A stretch of DNA of 64,000 nucleotides, from assembly GCA_035221665.1 (NCBI GenBank), contig JAVHYY010000086.1:1-64000 (forward strand). Direction: 5' to 3'. The notes beneath the pieces were generated by a model. The model saw only the letters and a program-made list of their open reading frames with translations, did not search any database and was not told the origin of the DNA. Shown piece after piece: positions 14,105-26,540 of the stretch (position 1 is the first letter of the stretch; the number at the start of each line of letters is the position of its first letter). Position numbers and translations under genes: made by a program. This DNA is from Okamejei kenojei (Eukaryota).

Positions 14105-14468
14105 CGAAACATAGAAACAGAGAAACATAGAAAATAGGTGCAGGAGTAGGCCATTCGGCCCTTCCAGCCTGCACCACAATTCAATATGATCACGGCTGAT
14201 CAACCAACTCAGTATCCTGTACCTGCCTTCCCTCCCTTTAGCCACAAGGGCCACATCTAACTCCCTCTTAAATATAGTCAATTAACTGGCCTCAACTATC
14301 TTCTGTGGCAGAGAATTCCAGAGACTCACCACTCTCAGTGTGAAATATGTTTTCCTCATCTTGGTCCTAAAGGAATTCTCCCTTATCCTTAGACTGTGAC
14401 CCCTTGTTCTGGACCTCCTCAGCATCGGGAAAAATCTTCCTGCATCTAGCCTATCCAACCCCTTAAGA
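14105..14468 (-). mobile_element. CR1 LINE 3' fragment
   Basis: (catagaaa)n tail and reverse complement of the CR1 3' end seen at ~62000-62354. Confidence 0.85.
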
Positions 14469-16658
14469 TAAACAATGATCTAGTACATTCAATGCTGATG
14501 CTGCGTAAATCATTTTTCTCCATATGAAATAGATGTGAGATCAATCAAGCTTTTACTGCCTTGTGCGAGATCGCATGTTACGATCATATTAGGTGTTTTG
14601 AAGAAGTAACCCTAAAAGTTTAGTGAGGGAAAAGTCGTAGATATTGTATGTTCGGCAAGGCATTTGATAAACTGCCGCGTGGTTGACTGCTCTAGAATGG
14701 TAGAACGAGTTCCAGGGGAACTTCCTAACTGGGCGGAACATTACCTTCAAGGAAGGAAGCAGATTAGGATGGAGGAAGATACATTTTCAGACTAGCGGCC
14801 TACGACAAGTTATGTGCCTAAAGGATCAGATGTGGGCGCATTGCTGTGTGTAATTTATATCGAATATTTGGATGAAAATGTAGAAGGCAAGACTACAAAT
14901 TTGCCAGATGACACAAAAGTAGATGCGAAGCGAAGATGATTATCAAAATCCACCGGAGGATCTCGATCAGTTCAACAAGTGGGCTGAGCAATGGTTGATA
15001 AGTTTTAATGAAGAAAAGTGAGAGGTGCTACATTTTGAGAAGTCAAACACGGCAGGACATTCCCGGCGCATGGTAGGGCCGTAGGGAGTGTCGTATTGCA
15101 AAGTCTAGAAAAGGGCATGACCCGGATTGCTGTGATCTCTTGGGGCGTCGTTGAAGGGGAAAACTCTGCCTGCGACATAGTGTGTTGATTCCATCCCAAT
15201 GTAGTTAATTAGGTTTCTCTACGTTAGGAATGCCATATGAGGCCATAGAGTAAACGGTCAGGATACGTTCTGCAGTACATGTTGATATTTAATGGGAGAT
15301 TCGGAGAATGCAGGATCTCTTAAAACCTCTATGAAAGTATAGACGCTGGAGTGTCAACCTGCTGTCGAAGTTGTATCAGCACAGCTCCAATTCGGTCAAG
15401 GCAGTGCATGCCCACGCACTACAACTTTCGGCCACGCCCCCAGCTATCTGCCCCCTTAAAGGAAAGATGGAAAAGCTGCTAAATTTCATCTTCGGTGCAT
15501 GTTTATTGCGTAAGACAATCGTGACGTGAACGGAAGACAACTTTGTTTCCCACATGTTCTGTGATTTGTCTTTAATATTCACAACGTTCGTGAATTTTTC
15601 CGAGGAGTCAGAGATTAGTGCTCACAATCGACCTGGCGAATGTCACTCCCAACCGCCATGGAAGCCTCGAGTGTAGTCTGTTTTGCGCTGCCTGTACTTG
15701 CTGAGCACTCCAGTCTGGAAGATGTGTTATGGCAGGAGAGTTAACATGTGCGCAATTGTGTTTTTCTTCTTAGCAGGTACTTAAATCTGCTGTCTGCCAT
15801 GGTGGTATCCCGGGACTTTGCTGTGTCCAATGCCCACGACAGCCAATGTTCGGTGAACCAATGGACACATTGTAGAAAAAGTTGTTATTGCTATAGCGAT
15901 GCAGCGTTAAAGGACCTTGGTTCAGCCGCATGGGTAGCGTTGATTACAGTTCCCATCGTCTTATTGAAGGGAGAGCGTGGAGGTTTTGGATAGGATGCAT
16001 ACTAGGATTACCAGGAAGGATCTGCAGATGCTGATGTAAACCGACAATAGTGTCGCCAGCTTCATTACCAGAATACTACTTGGATTGGAGGGTGCTAACT
16101 TTCAGGGGTGTTTGGGCAGAGTTGGCTTGTTTCCCGTGGATTGTTAGAGGCTGAGACCTGATGGAAATATATGAACTGATGGTGAAAGTTAATATTCTGA
16201 TGGCAAGTGAAAGCAGTCAGAAGGTTTTGTGCTTCCCAAGGTGGAAATATTATAGAGTAGGAGGGGCAAAAAATCAAACGAAACGTACGAGTTATTTATG
16301 GAGAGAGGAGAGATAATACCTGTGACATGCTGCCGAGCATGGTAATAGAACCGATACGACAGTGGCTTTTAAAGAGGCCTTTAGATAAACACAAGGATAT
16401 CGACAATGTGTAGGAGGAGATACGATTAGTTCAGCTTGGCATTATGTTTGGCACGGAGATTGTGGGCAGAACGGCTTCATCCTGTGCTGTCCGTTTCTTT
16501 GTTCCATGTAACCCTTCGCAACTGATGTTTTCTAAAGCAAGGAACACTGTTGTGTAAAAGTGTGTTTTGTCCGCATGTCGAAACGTTCCATCTATTCCCT
16601 TCCACCGTCTAACGGCCGTTTTTTTTTCTCTTGACCCGGAATCCATTTCACAGGGCAG

Positions 16659-16962
16659 GCCGCTGAGGATTCCGTCACTCAGAGCCAGTCTTCACTGTGA
16701 CAGGAAAAGTGATTTGGTGAAAAACTAACCTGTACCTACAATACTACAGCATCCGCTTGTTGTTTATATTGGTACCGACAAATTGATGCGGAAAATCCTG
16801 AGATTATTGTGCTGATACAGTCCTTGGCCCAACAGGTACAACGAGGAGACATATTAGAGGATCGATTCTCTGCGGCTCTCCAGACAGCACTTCAATTGTC
16901 CATTTAACTATTTGGGGTCTCCAGCTTACAGACTCTGCTGTGTATTACAGAGCCCTGAGTTC
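16659..16962 (+). pseudogene. TCR alpha/delta V segment pseudogene (paralog of 12668-12972)
   Basis: EDSVTQSQS..LTCTYNTTASACCLYWYRQIDAENPEIIVLI..DRFSAALQT..IVHLTIWGLQLTDSAVYYRALS. Frameshifts; second Cys replaced by Arg. Confidence 0.88.
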
Positions 16963-17001
16963 CACAATGATTGAAAGCAGTCTCTTCGCAGTGCAAACAC
17001 T
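16963..17001 (+). promoter_or_regulatory. 23-bp spacer recombination signal sequence
   Basis: cacaatg + 23 nt + gcaaacact. Confidence 0.82.
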
Positions 17002-20000
17002 GCCTGTGGTGAGCCTTTCCTCTCCTTTCTGTGTTTCGCAGGAGTTCAAGGGCACAATGTGGCCGCCATGTGGAGAACGCCGATAGGTGCTCAGTAGCAC
17101 GCTGACAGGAAACCTGAGAAACCTCGTATGTACTAGTGAGCCGCAGCATACTGGTGAAGTCGAGAAACAACCAAGCTTCAAACGACGCAACTTCTTTCAT
17201 TCCAACATGCAAAAAACTAAAAAAGGTAACGTTAAATGTAGCTAACTCAACTCCGAACCTTGCTCCGAAACCCTCTGGTTTACCGGCAGAAAACAATACC
17301 CTTTCCTAAACTCAGCCTTCTCCTAGTCAGCCAAATCTCTCCATGTTGGCATCTAACCTCTAATACAATGGGCTCTTATCTTGTTTAGCTGTGCTCCGCG
17401 CGACATCTGATCAAAGGACTTGCAAAATTTCAAGCAAGTAACATCCACTTACTCTCAATCGTCTATTAAAGGTGTTGCTTCTCAAACAACCACGGCAGTT
17501 TCCGACAATTTTGGGATTAGGTTCGATCTACCCTTAACAAACCCAATGGTAACTGTGTCCTATTTTATCGTGTGGTTCCAAGCACGCCGAAACCGCATTC
17601 TTAATAATGAAGTCTGAAATCTTACCAACCACTGAATGCATCGCAGTGTCGCCACTGTATCCGAAGTGTGTTCATACACGGTTATCTCTCTCTGGTCCCA
17701 CCGCCATGGAGAACGTTGGTCATTTCTCATCGACACTGTTATTCTAACCTTTCCTATGCCGTACGTTATGTCTTTTGCAAAAATCCTGCTTAATTTGTCC
17801 AATCTCAAGGCAGAAACAATGAACTGCAGATGCTGGTTTAAAAAAAAAGAAGCCTTAAAGTGCTGAATTATCCTATTCTTATTCTCCAGAGATGATGCCT
17901 GACCCACTGTGTTACTCCAGTACTGTGTCTTTCACCTGAAGAAGAGTTCGACCCGAGTTCGAGTCCAGCCCTCAGCAGATGCTGCATGTCTTCTGCGGTT
18001 AACAACCATCTTGTGTTTTCCTCAAAATGTCAACAACTGCGGTCTTATATGTCTCCATGATGTTAATTTTGTCTATGCTTTTAGTTATAAACGGTTAACA
18101 ATTAGATCCGGCAACAAACTTTGATAGAGAATTTACAGAAATTGACAAATGTTTTATATAAACCTACGTTATAATCCAGTATCTACAGTTCTTTCATATA
18201 CAGCATAAAGACAAAGTCCCTTTTTATTTTATTTCATTGTCAGCAAAGTACCTTGGATAATGTGTTATCCAGTGTCTTAACATTTCTAAAGAATTTACAT
18301 AATTTTCGTAAGAATAACCATTATAATTTCTAACAGTTTGTGAAACTTTTGCATGGATATATTAGAAAACTATTTTAAAGCAGAGATGGACATTCTTGAT
18401 TGGTAAGCGTGTCCCGCCGTTGTGAGAAGAAGACGGGGGAGTGCGTTGGGAGCGAGAGATGGATCAGCCATGATTGAGTAGCCAAGAGGTATTGATGATC
18501 CGAATTGCCCAATTCTGCTCCTGGAACATTATGAATTCTAAGAAAAGTCGCAAGCCTTCATAGTACATCATGGAGAGCGTTTAAGAAGAATCTACATTGG
18601 AGTTCTGACGCTACTTTGTTAATTATATCTGCCATTTTTAATTGATCTTCAGTTCCACTGCTTACAGATAGAGGGGTGGCATAGTGGAGCATTTGGTACA
18701 GCTGCTGCCCCACAGTGCCAGAGACCCTGATTAGATCCCGACATTGTGTGCTATCTCTGTGGAGTTTGCACATTGTTCTTGTGACTGTGTGTGTTTCCTG
18801 TCGGTGCTCTGGTTTGTTCTTCATCCTAAACGTGTGTGAATTTGTAATTTAAATTGACCTCTGTAGAATTCGCCCCAGTATAGAAACTACTGCAACCACG
18901 TGTTTGAAGTTTTGTATGGACTCGGTGGCAGCAGAAGGACCCATTTCCATGCTGCATCTCTAAACTTAAATAAAGATGGTCATATAACGATAGAATTGCT
19001 TCCCTTGAAGCACCAGAGTTCAATTCTGTCCACGGGTGCCGTCAATACAGAGTTTGCAAATTCTCCCCTTGACTGCGTGAGTTTTCTCCGGGTGCTTTGG
19101 TTTCTTCACATTCATCAAGGATGTACGGTTTGTACTGTACAATACAAACTGTGAAGGCATGATGCCATACATAACTGGGCAATCTGAACCTAAAGCCGCC
19201 AAGTTGAAAGCAGCCGAAGGTGTGCATTCCTCGGGAAAGCCCACTCTCCCTCGGCCACCATCCGCGGTCTGCGTGGGGTCTGAACTAATCGCTGACAAGT
19301 CCCGCCCCCCGGCACGCCAAGTCCGTTATTGGACTTTTCTGTTAAGCGGGAGTCGGTCGGTTGCCCTGTATGCGCCGCCGCCTTTCACTACGGTAGGTGC
19401 AGTCGTATCGACAGAGCGGCCAGCCGGTAAGATTGCTTTTAGGCGACGCAACCTTTCGGTTCATAGGAGTTTAGGCGCCCCGCCCATTCGATTTTTTCAG
19501 TTACTTTGAATTTAGGGCGTCCCCATCTTTTCGGTTAGTCGACGTTTCGTCTTCGGACTCTTTCTTGCTATTGAAGCAGTGCAAGCGTAGGTTCACGAGG
19601 TTAAACCCCGGGATGGCGGGGCTGTCATATGAGGAAATATTGGGAATACTGGCATGTTTATCATAGGAATTTAGGATGAGAGGGATCTTATAGAAACAAA
19701 TAAATGTATAACAGGACTGGATAAGCGAGAAGGCCGGAAATGTTTTCCCAATGCTGGAGGATCACAGAATCAGGGGGCACGGTCTAAGAATAAATGTGTG
19801 GCCATTTAAAACACGTTTTTCAGCCAGAGATTGTAAATCTGATGAATTCCCTGCCATTGACTGCAATAGCGGCCAATTATCTGGATGAATTTAAAAGAGG
19901 AGTGCGATAGAGCTCTGGGGTTCGCTGAATCTAGCGATATGTGAAGAAGGCAGGCACATGTTTCTGATTGTGGATGATCAGCCATGCTACCAATGAATAC

Positions 20001-20384
20001 AGGTGCTATTCGAAGGGCCAAATGGCCACCTCCTGCACCTATTTTCTATGTTTTCATGTTTCTATATTTCCAAATGCAAGTAAACGTCGGATGTCGCTGT
20101 GACAAGGGAAAGAACATGGGGAGGCTCAGGGTGATGTCACACCGCAGGGATTCATTGACCGTCGAATATATTCGCGCATTGGACACCGATGGCTCCATAG
20201 GACATTCGCAAATTAACGCAAATGACACTAGATGAAGACGGCAAACAATGGTGATGGCGTAATTGACAATCACACTACGCTGATTGTCAATTACGAATAT
20301 TTGGCTAACCCTAATTAATTCTCCCAAAAATTCACATGGTCTTCAAGTTTTTTCAGGTTTAAAGTTCAGTTTTATTGTCACATT

Positions 20385-20830
20385 TGACTGGAGAGACTTG
20401 GCTTGTACTCGCTAGAATTTAGAAAACTGAGGGTGAATCTTATAGAAACTTACAACATTCTTAAGCGGTTGGATAGGCTAGATACAGGAAGATTGTTCCC
20501 GATGTTGGGGAGGTCCAGAACAAGTGGTCACAGTCTAAGGATAAGGAGGAATTCCTTTAGGACCGAGATCAGGAAAACATTTTTCACACAGAGAGTGGTG
20601 AGTCTCTGGAATTCTCTGCCACAGAAGGTAGTTGAGGCCAGTTAATTGGCTATATTTAAGAGGAATTAGATGTGGCCCTTGTGGACAAAGGGATCAGGGG
20701 GTATGGAGAGAAGGCAGGTACAGGAAACTGAGTTGGATGATCAGCCATGATCATATTGAATGGCGGTGCAGGATCGAAGGACCGAATGGCTATTCGTGCA
20801 CCTACTTTCTATGTTTCCTTATGTTTCCAT
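20385..20830 (+). mobile_element. CR1 LINE 3' fragment
   Basis: LYSLEFRKLRVNLIETY..FFTQRVVSLWNSLP and tttctatg tail. Confidence 0.88.
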
Positions 20831-21357
20831 GTACCAGTTAAGGTACTGTGAAATTTGTCATACCATACAGCCATACTAAGATAAAAAGCCACAAAACACA
20901 CTACCACATAAAACCGAAGATGTACATTCACTACAGTGGGTTCCATATTCCCCACTGTGATAGAAGGCAATAAAGTTGAATCAGCTTCCTCTTCCTCTCC
21001 TGCGGTCGAAACAGAGAAGCCATCCGCAGTCGAAGAGATCAAAACACCCGCAGGCGACGATCGAAGCCCCCCGTCAGGAGATCGAAACTCCCCGCGGCGG
21101 GGGCGGTTTGAAACTCTCCCGCGGCATGGAGCGCCCGAGTCGGCTTCTTCTTTCCAGAGACCGCGGGCTTCACGATGTTAAAATTTACAGGCTCCGAAGT
21201 TGGAACTTTGATCCCCGACAAAGGGATGGCAGACTTCGCGATGCGAACGTCTAAACAGACTGTTGGCGAGTCATCCACTGCTGATATGCTACCATTCATC
21301 TACCATTCATCAAACGAGGAACAATGTGCGATGGCCAACCAACCGGGTCACCACCAA

Positions 21358-21728
21358 ATTTAGTTTAGTTTAGTGTACTTTAGTTTAGTTCAGCTCAGAT
21401 TAGTTTAGTTTAGATTCGTGTAGATTAGTTTAGCGCGGAAACTGGCCCTTCAGCCCATCGAGTGCGGACCCAACAACGATGCCCGCACACTAACATTATC
21501 TACACAAACTAATGGGCAATTTACATTTATACCAAGCCAATTACCCTGCAGATCTGTATCTATTTGGAATGTGGGAGGAAACCGAAAATCTCGGGGAAAA
21601 CCCATGCATGTCACGGGGAGAATGTACAAACTCCGTACAGACATGCACCCGTTGTTATCATCGAACCCGGGACCCGGGTCTCTAGCGCTGTAAGGCAGCA
21701 ACTCTAACGCTGCGCCACCGTGCCGCCA
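21358..21728 (-). mobile_element. tRNA-derived SINE with (ctaaa)n tail
   Basis: Minus strand begins ggcggcacggtggcgcagcg (A box) and has gggttcgat (B box); (tttag)n on + at 21358-21432. Related copies at ~2220-2480, 18675-18840, 24690-24890 and 63520-63917. Confidence 0.8.
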
Positions 21729-22474
21729 TGGCATGTTTAAGGAAACAAGAGCACATGGTCGAACACAACATTGTCGAAGTCGCGGAGCAATATGACCAAG
21801 GATTCATTTACGCGCTGAATTGCCACATCGCGCTATATAACACGGATAGTCCCATTACATAGACGTTGTTTCACAATCGCTGATTTGATAGATTTTTTTA
21901 TTGCACTTTGCATCAAACATCAACGCTATCTGCTTGTGACTATAGTTCAGGGCAAAAGTATATAAATACCTGGATCTCTCTCTCTCTCTCTTTCTTTCTG
22001 CTGAAGCTAAACACAGAACGAAAACAACGCGATGAATTCCTGCTATGGAAAATCCACCCCCCCCCCCCCCCCCCCCCCTCGACAAACACAATTATCAATG
22101 AGCGCAGGAAGATATTCGGAAATTGTAAATCAATAAAATAGCATAAACAAATGGAACCATCGAAGGTAGACAAAAATGCTGGAGATATCACCGGCTGAGG
22201 CAGCATCTATGCAGGGAATGAACAGGTGACGATTCGGGTCGAGACCCTTCTTCAGCAAGCCACACATTAATCTGAAGAAAGGTCTCCATCCGAATCATCA
22301 CCTTTTCCTTCGGTCCATAGATGCTGGCGAACCAGCTAAATTCCTCAAGTATTTCTGGCTACCTTCGATTATTCCGGCATCTGCAGTTCTTTCTTAAACA
22401 ATTTAAATGTTTGTATTTTCACATAAATCAGATGCCCAAGCTACGCACACGTTGATGTGATATTATTTTAAATA

Positions 22475-23381
22475 TCACTTTACCAATTGTCCTATTTTTC
22501 CAGTGCAACGGGTCGCATATGTTAGCACACGGAGCAACTCATGTCTGAACTTGCTCTGGGTCACGGTGTAAATGGCTGTGTTGGTGCAGGAGCTCAGCAG
22601 CTGAAGCATAACTCCAATCCTTTCCAGTCCTTCGAAAGGGTTTATCCAGGCCTTGCGCATAAACAATTTCAAAATTCGAAACGCCATAAAATGTGCGACA
22701 CTTGTGGCCCAGAGCAGGATGAAGCAGCCCGAGATTGCCAGAAGTAAAACGACCGACCGTCTGCGGTTCACCATCTCCTGGTCTTTCCTTTTATCCCCAC
22801 CGCTGAGGTCTCGGAGGTTCCTGCGGGCTCGACTGGCCAAGAAAATACGTCTGATGGTCAGCGCATTAAACGACACAATCAGGCAGAATGGAATCGCCGG
22901 GGTGAACAACTGTTCAGTCCAAGAGAACACCATCCATTTGGGCTTTATGTAAAAATATATTTTTTTGACGCAGCCCAGAGACATGTCAATTGGCTTATAA
23001 GGAACGTATGCAAAGAGCAAAGGTACGTTCTGAAGGCAGACGAATGGGGTCACTGTCAGGATAACAATCGACGCAGTTCTCTCGGTGCAATATTTGGCTT
23101 TCATCTTCTGAGTGGAAATCGCAACAAAGCGATCAAATGTGAAAGCGACGTGAACCATACAGAACAATCCACCGCAACGGGAGCCAGGAAGAGAACTATT
23201 TTGCACACAGGAGTGTAGGGCAACGAAGCATGCCACCAATACATATCAGCAATCCGACGAAACATCACGTCAATGAGAAGCACAGAGAGGTCCGCGGTCG
23301 CCATGGCTATCATGTAAATAGTGATGCACTTGGATAGGCCGCACTTGCCACGGAGCAAGATCACTATCGCTAGCAGATTCA
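22475..23381 (-). CDS. GPR139/142-like class A GPCR, copy 2, exon 2 (one 1-nt deletion at ~23150; pseudogene or assembly error)
   Basis: Acceptor ttttccccag. VNLLAIVILLRGKCGLSKCITIYMIAMATADL (TM1-2), DCSVWFT/VAFTFDRFVAI (TM3, DRF), PAIPFCLIVSFNALTIRRI (TM5), RRSVVLLLAISGCFILLW (TM6), LLSSCTNTAIY (TM7). Two ORFs join across a single frameshift. Confidence 0.88.
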
Positions 23382-24993
23382 CTGGGGAAAAATGAAAATA
23401 GTAACTGATTAATTGTGTGATGTACGGGTTGGTGGTTGAGAGCAGACGGAGTAATTTAAACCTGCCTCGCCAGTAGTAGAGGCTATTTATTAAACGAATG
23501 AATATTTGGGACAATCATCCGTCAAACGTTTGCAGGTAGTTGTTCAATCAGTAAGTTATTAAATTCCTGGATACCAAAATTAGTAGGATTGCCCTATGTA
23601 GAAAGGAATGACATGAGGATGGAAATATTAGTACATATATTAATCCCATTTTGGTAAACGGGAATATAATCTGCAAATGATTAAAATCCTTTTTGCCAAA
23701 ATTAGTCGGATTGCCTTTTGTACTAATCTTCACAACATTATGCCGATCGTTTGAAGTTGATGTAAAACATAGAACATTTTCAACAGGTCACACAGTGTAT
23801 CTAAAATTAAATTAACAGTCCACATGACCATCTATCCAATCAGAATTAAGAGGGTATCCTTCCAATATCCAATATGTGATTTCATTTTTACAACGGTAAA
23901 TTCAAAATGCGCAGAGTCGTTGTTATTGCTGAGACGCGACTAACTTTTGTGTCGGGGCATTGAGCCAATCGTGGTCTGGATTAATGCGGACTGTTTTCCA
24001 TTTGGCCTTCGAGAATGCATTTCCGAACATGAGACCAAGGAAAGGAATTTAGTGAAGCACTGCAAATATAATTACAAACATCCTTCACAAACACGGCTAA
24101 CAACATAACGGGCAAGTATTTCTGCCAAACAGCGGACGTGCCTCCGTACAGTACCTGACAAGAAAAAGTGCTGGAGTATCTCAGTGGCGCAAGCAATATC
24201 TCTGGAGGACATAGATAGGCGAAGTATCAGCTCGAACCCCTTCTTCGGACTCCAATTGGAAGAATGATCGCAAACTGATTGGTTGACTGCGTCGGTCCTC
24301 CAGAGATGCTGCAAGACTGGCTGATTTAACCAGTTCTACGTTTTCACTGCAAGATCGCTGCATTTTTAGTTGTTTTTATCTGTAATCTGTTTTTGTTGAG
24401 CAGGTTGTTCGTGCGACCTTCAAATCTGTCTCTGCGAAATTATTCCTATGAGCATTTAACAGCGATACAAACAATGCAGTGCCAATTTACTGGACGGTGC
24501 GTATTTCTCGTTCTTCCTAATGCAGTACGCACAGTGGAACAGAAACGACCTTACATTGATTTTAGTAAAAAGCAGTGAAGGCGACATTTCTGCCAGCTTC
24601 AATGACCGGCATCCATCAAATATAGCAACGCGCTTCCTCGCTCCAAAGATGTGCATTGCCTATTTTAGTATAGTTTCGGGAAACAGCGCGAAAACAGGAC
24701 CACCGACCCACCGATCGCGCACACTAACATCAGCCTACGCGCACAAGGGACAATTGATTTCAATATTATGGAGCTTGGGAAGTAAACAAAGATATCAGGG
24801 AGAAACCCGAAGGATACGGGGAGAACCTGCAAACTCCGTACAGACAAGCGCCGAAAGGCAGTTGCTCTAGTCCTGTGCCAGCGTGCCGCTCTGATCCCTG
24901 CTGGACTATTCGGTATGTTCTCTTAACCTTTAATAGTCTGCGCATTCCAAACAGTCGTTGTTAGTTCCATGGGATGTGCCGCCAAGTACCTAC

Positions 24994-25066
24994 CAGGGAT
25001 ACCGATTGATGCCAGAATCGGATAATACACAAGTCCTATTTTTTCCTCCATCTGAATCCCATGCAT
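24994..25066 (-). CDS. GPR139/142-like GPCR, copy 2, exon 1
   Basis: 73 nt: MHGIQMEEKIGLVYYPILASIGIP + g|gtaggt; phase 1 matches exon 2 (tg aat ctg) and completes TM1 (GIPVN). Confidence 0.85.
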
Positions 25067-25584
25067 TTTAATGCGACGGTCCAGGCGATCACTCCTGATG
25101 GAGCCGCTCAGCAGTTGCAGCGAAACACACCAATATCTGGCATACTTATAAAGAAAATAAAGGAGAAATCCGGCAACGAGATTACATCCCTGTGGACATT
25201 ACTTACACACGTTTGAACAAACATCTACTGTTTCCATGTAAAATTCAAAATCACAATAATGGTGGCGACATTTCCAACAGCAGGCAGTGAACATTGGATT
25301 TTGCAAATCACAAACTATTGCACCTGCAGTGGAATTGCCGGCGAGTGTTCTGAGATGGGGTTAATTTCCTTAAACATTACATCAGATGACGGGCTAAGGA
25401 AAGTTGTTCTTTCGAACTTGTACTTGTTCAATTCGCATTTCCAAAGAGCGACAACAGGGAGAGAGGGCGACGCAGGACAGGAACCTCAGCATAACTGGTC
25501 ACACAAGGTCGGATATCTCCGTAAAGTGGCACTTTGGTGGAAAGAGCAACAAAAGAGAGAACAGTAGAATTTAGCTCATATGAA

Positions 25585-26540
25585 GTCAAGTCAAGAGAGT
25601 TTATTGTCATATGTCCCATATAGGACAATGAAATTCTTGAGTTGCATCAGCACAACGGAATATAGTAGGCACGAATACAGAACATATCATATCAGTGAGT
25701 CCATATACCATTCTATAAATATAGACACACATTAAAAAATAAGCAGATAAAGTGGAAATAAACAGCTAATGGTCTATTAGTGTTCACAGATTTGTCTCAG
25801 TTGCGTTTAATAGCCCGATGGATGTGGGGAAGCTGCTATTTCTGAACCTGGACGCTGCATTCGTCAGGCTCCTGTACTTTCTACCTGAAGGTAGAGGGGA
25901 GATGAGTGTGTGGCCAGGATGGCAAGGGTTCTTGATCATGCTGCCATTCGTTTTGTGTCAGTGACTGCGATAAATCCCCTCGATGGTAGGGTGGTCAGAG
26001 CCGATGATGGACTGAGCAGTGTCTACCACTTTTTGTAGGTTTTTTCCGCTCCTGGGCGCACAAGTTACCGAACCAAGCCACGATGCAACCGGTCAGCATG
26101 CTCTCTACTCCGCACCTGTAGATGTTAGAGAGAGTCCTCCTTGCATACCGACTCTCCGTAATCTTATCAGGAAGTAGTCGCTGATGTGCTTTCTTAATAA
26201 TAGCATCAGTGTTCTCGGATAAGGAGATATCTTCAGAAATGTGCACGCCCAGGAATGTGAAGCTCTTGACCCATTCCACCATCGTCCCGTTTATCTAAAC
26301 GGGACTAGGGGTCTCCATCATATCCCTTACAAAGTCCACAATCAGTTCCTTGGTTTTGCTGGTGTTGAGGGCCAGGTTATTGTGCTGGCACCATTTGGTC
26401 AGTCGGTCGATCTCACTTCTATACTCTGACTCGTCCCCATCTGTGATACGTCCCACAACAATGGTATCGTCAGCGAACTAGATGATGGAATTCGAACTAT
26501 GACCGGCTACGGAGCCAAGAGTATAGAGTGAGTACAGCAG
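25585..26540 (-). mobile_element. Rex1/Babar-like LINE 3' part
   Basis: FADDT-like motif near 26465-26480 (minus); VKSFTFLGVHISEDIS and YRCGVESMLTGCIVAWFGN; (cttga)n tail. Confidence 0.8.

Larger units (their letters stand above)
14630..17387 (+). repeat. Local duplication unit B (paralogous to 10910-13395)
   Basis: Collinear with unit A; V/RSS offset is 3990 bp. Confidence 0.85.

Noticed and set aside
17707-17766. Leader-like hydrophobic stretch ending in gtacgt
   Set aside because: Frame is broken and no V exon follows.
21358-21432. Regular short repeats, also at 63520-63625
   Set aside because: Simple (tttag)n SINE tails, not CRISPR or telomeric arrays.
21660-21728. tRNA-like A/B boxes
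   Set aside because: SINE head continuing into SINE body; no full cloverleaf.
22150-22400. Inverted-repeat element with gaagggtctcgacccgaaacgtc-like core
   Set aside because: One of many dispersed copies in the window (e.g. ~7420, 10060, 13930, 17940, 32780, 57840); a common short repeat, not locus-specific.
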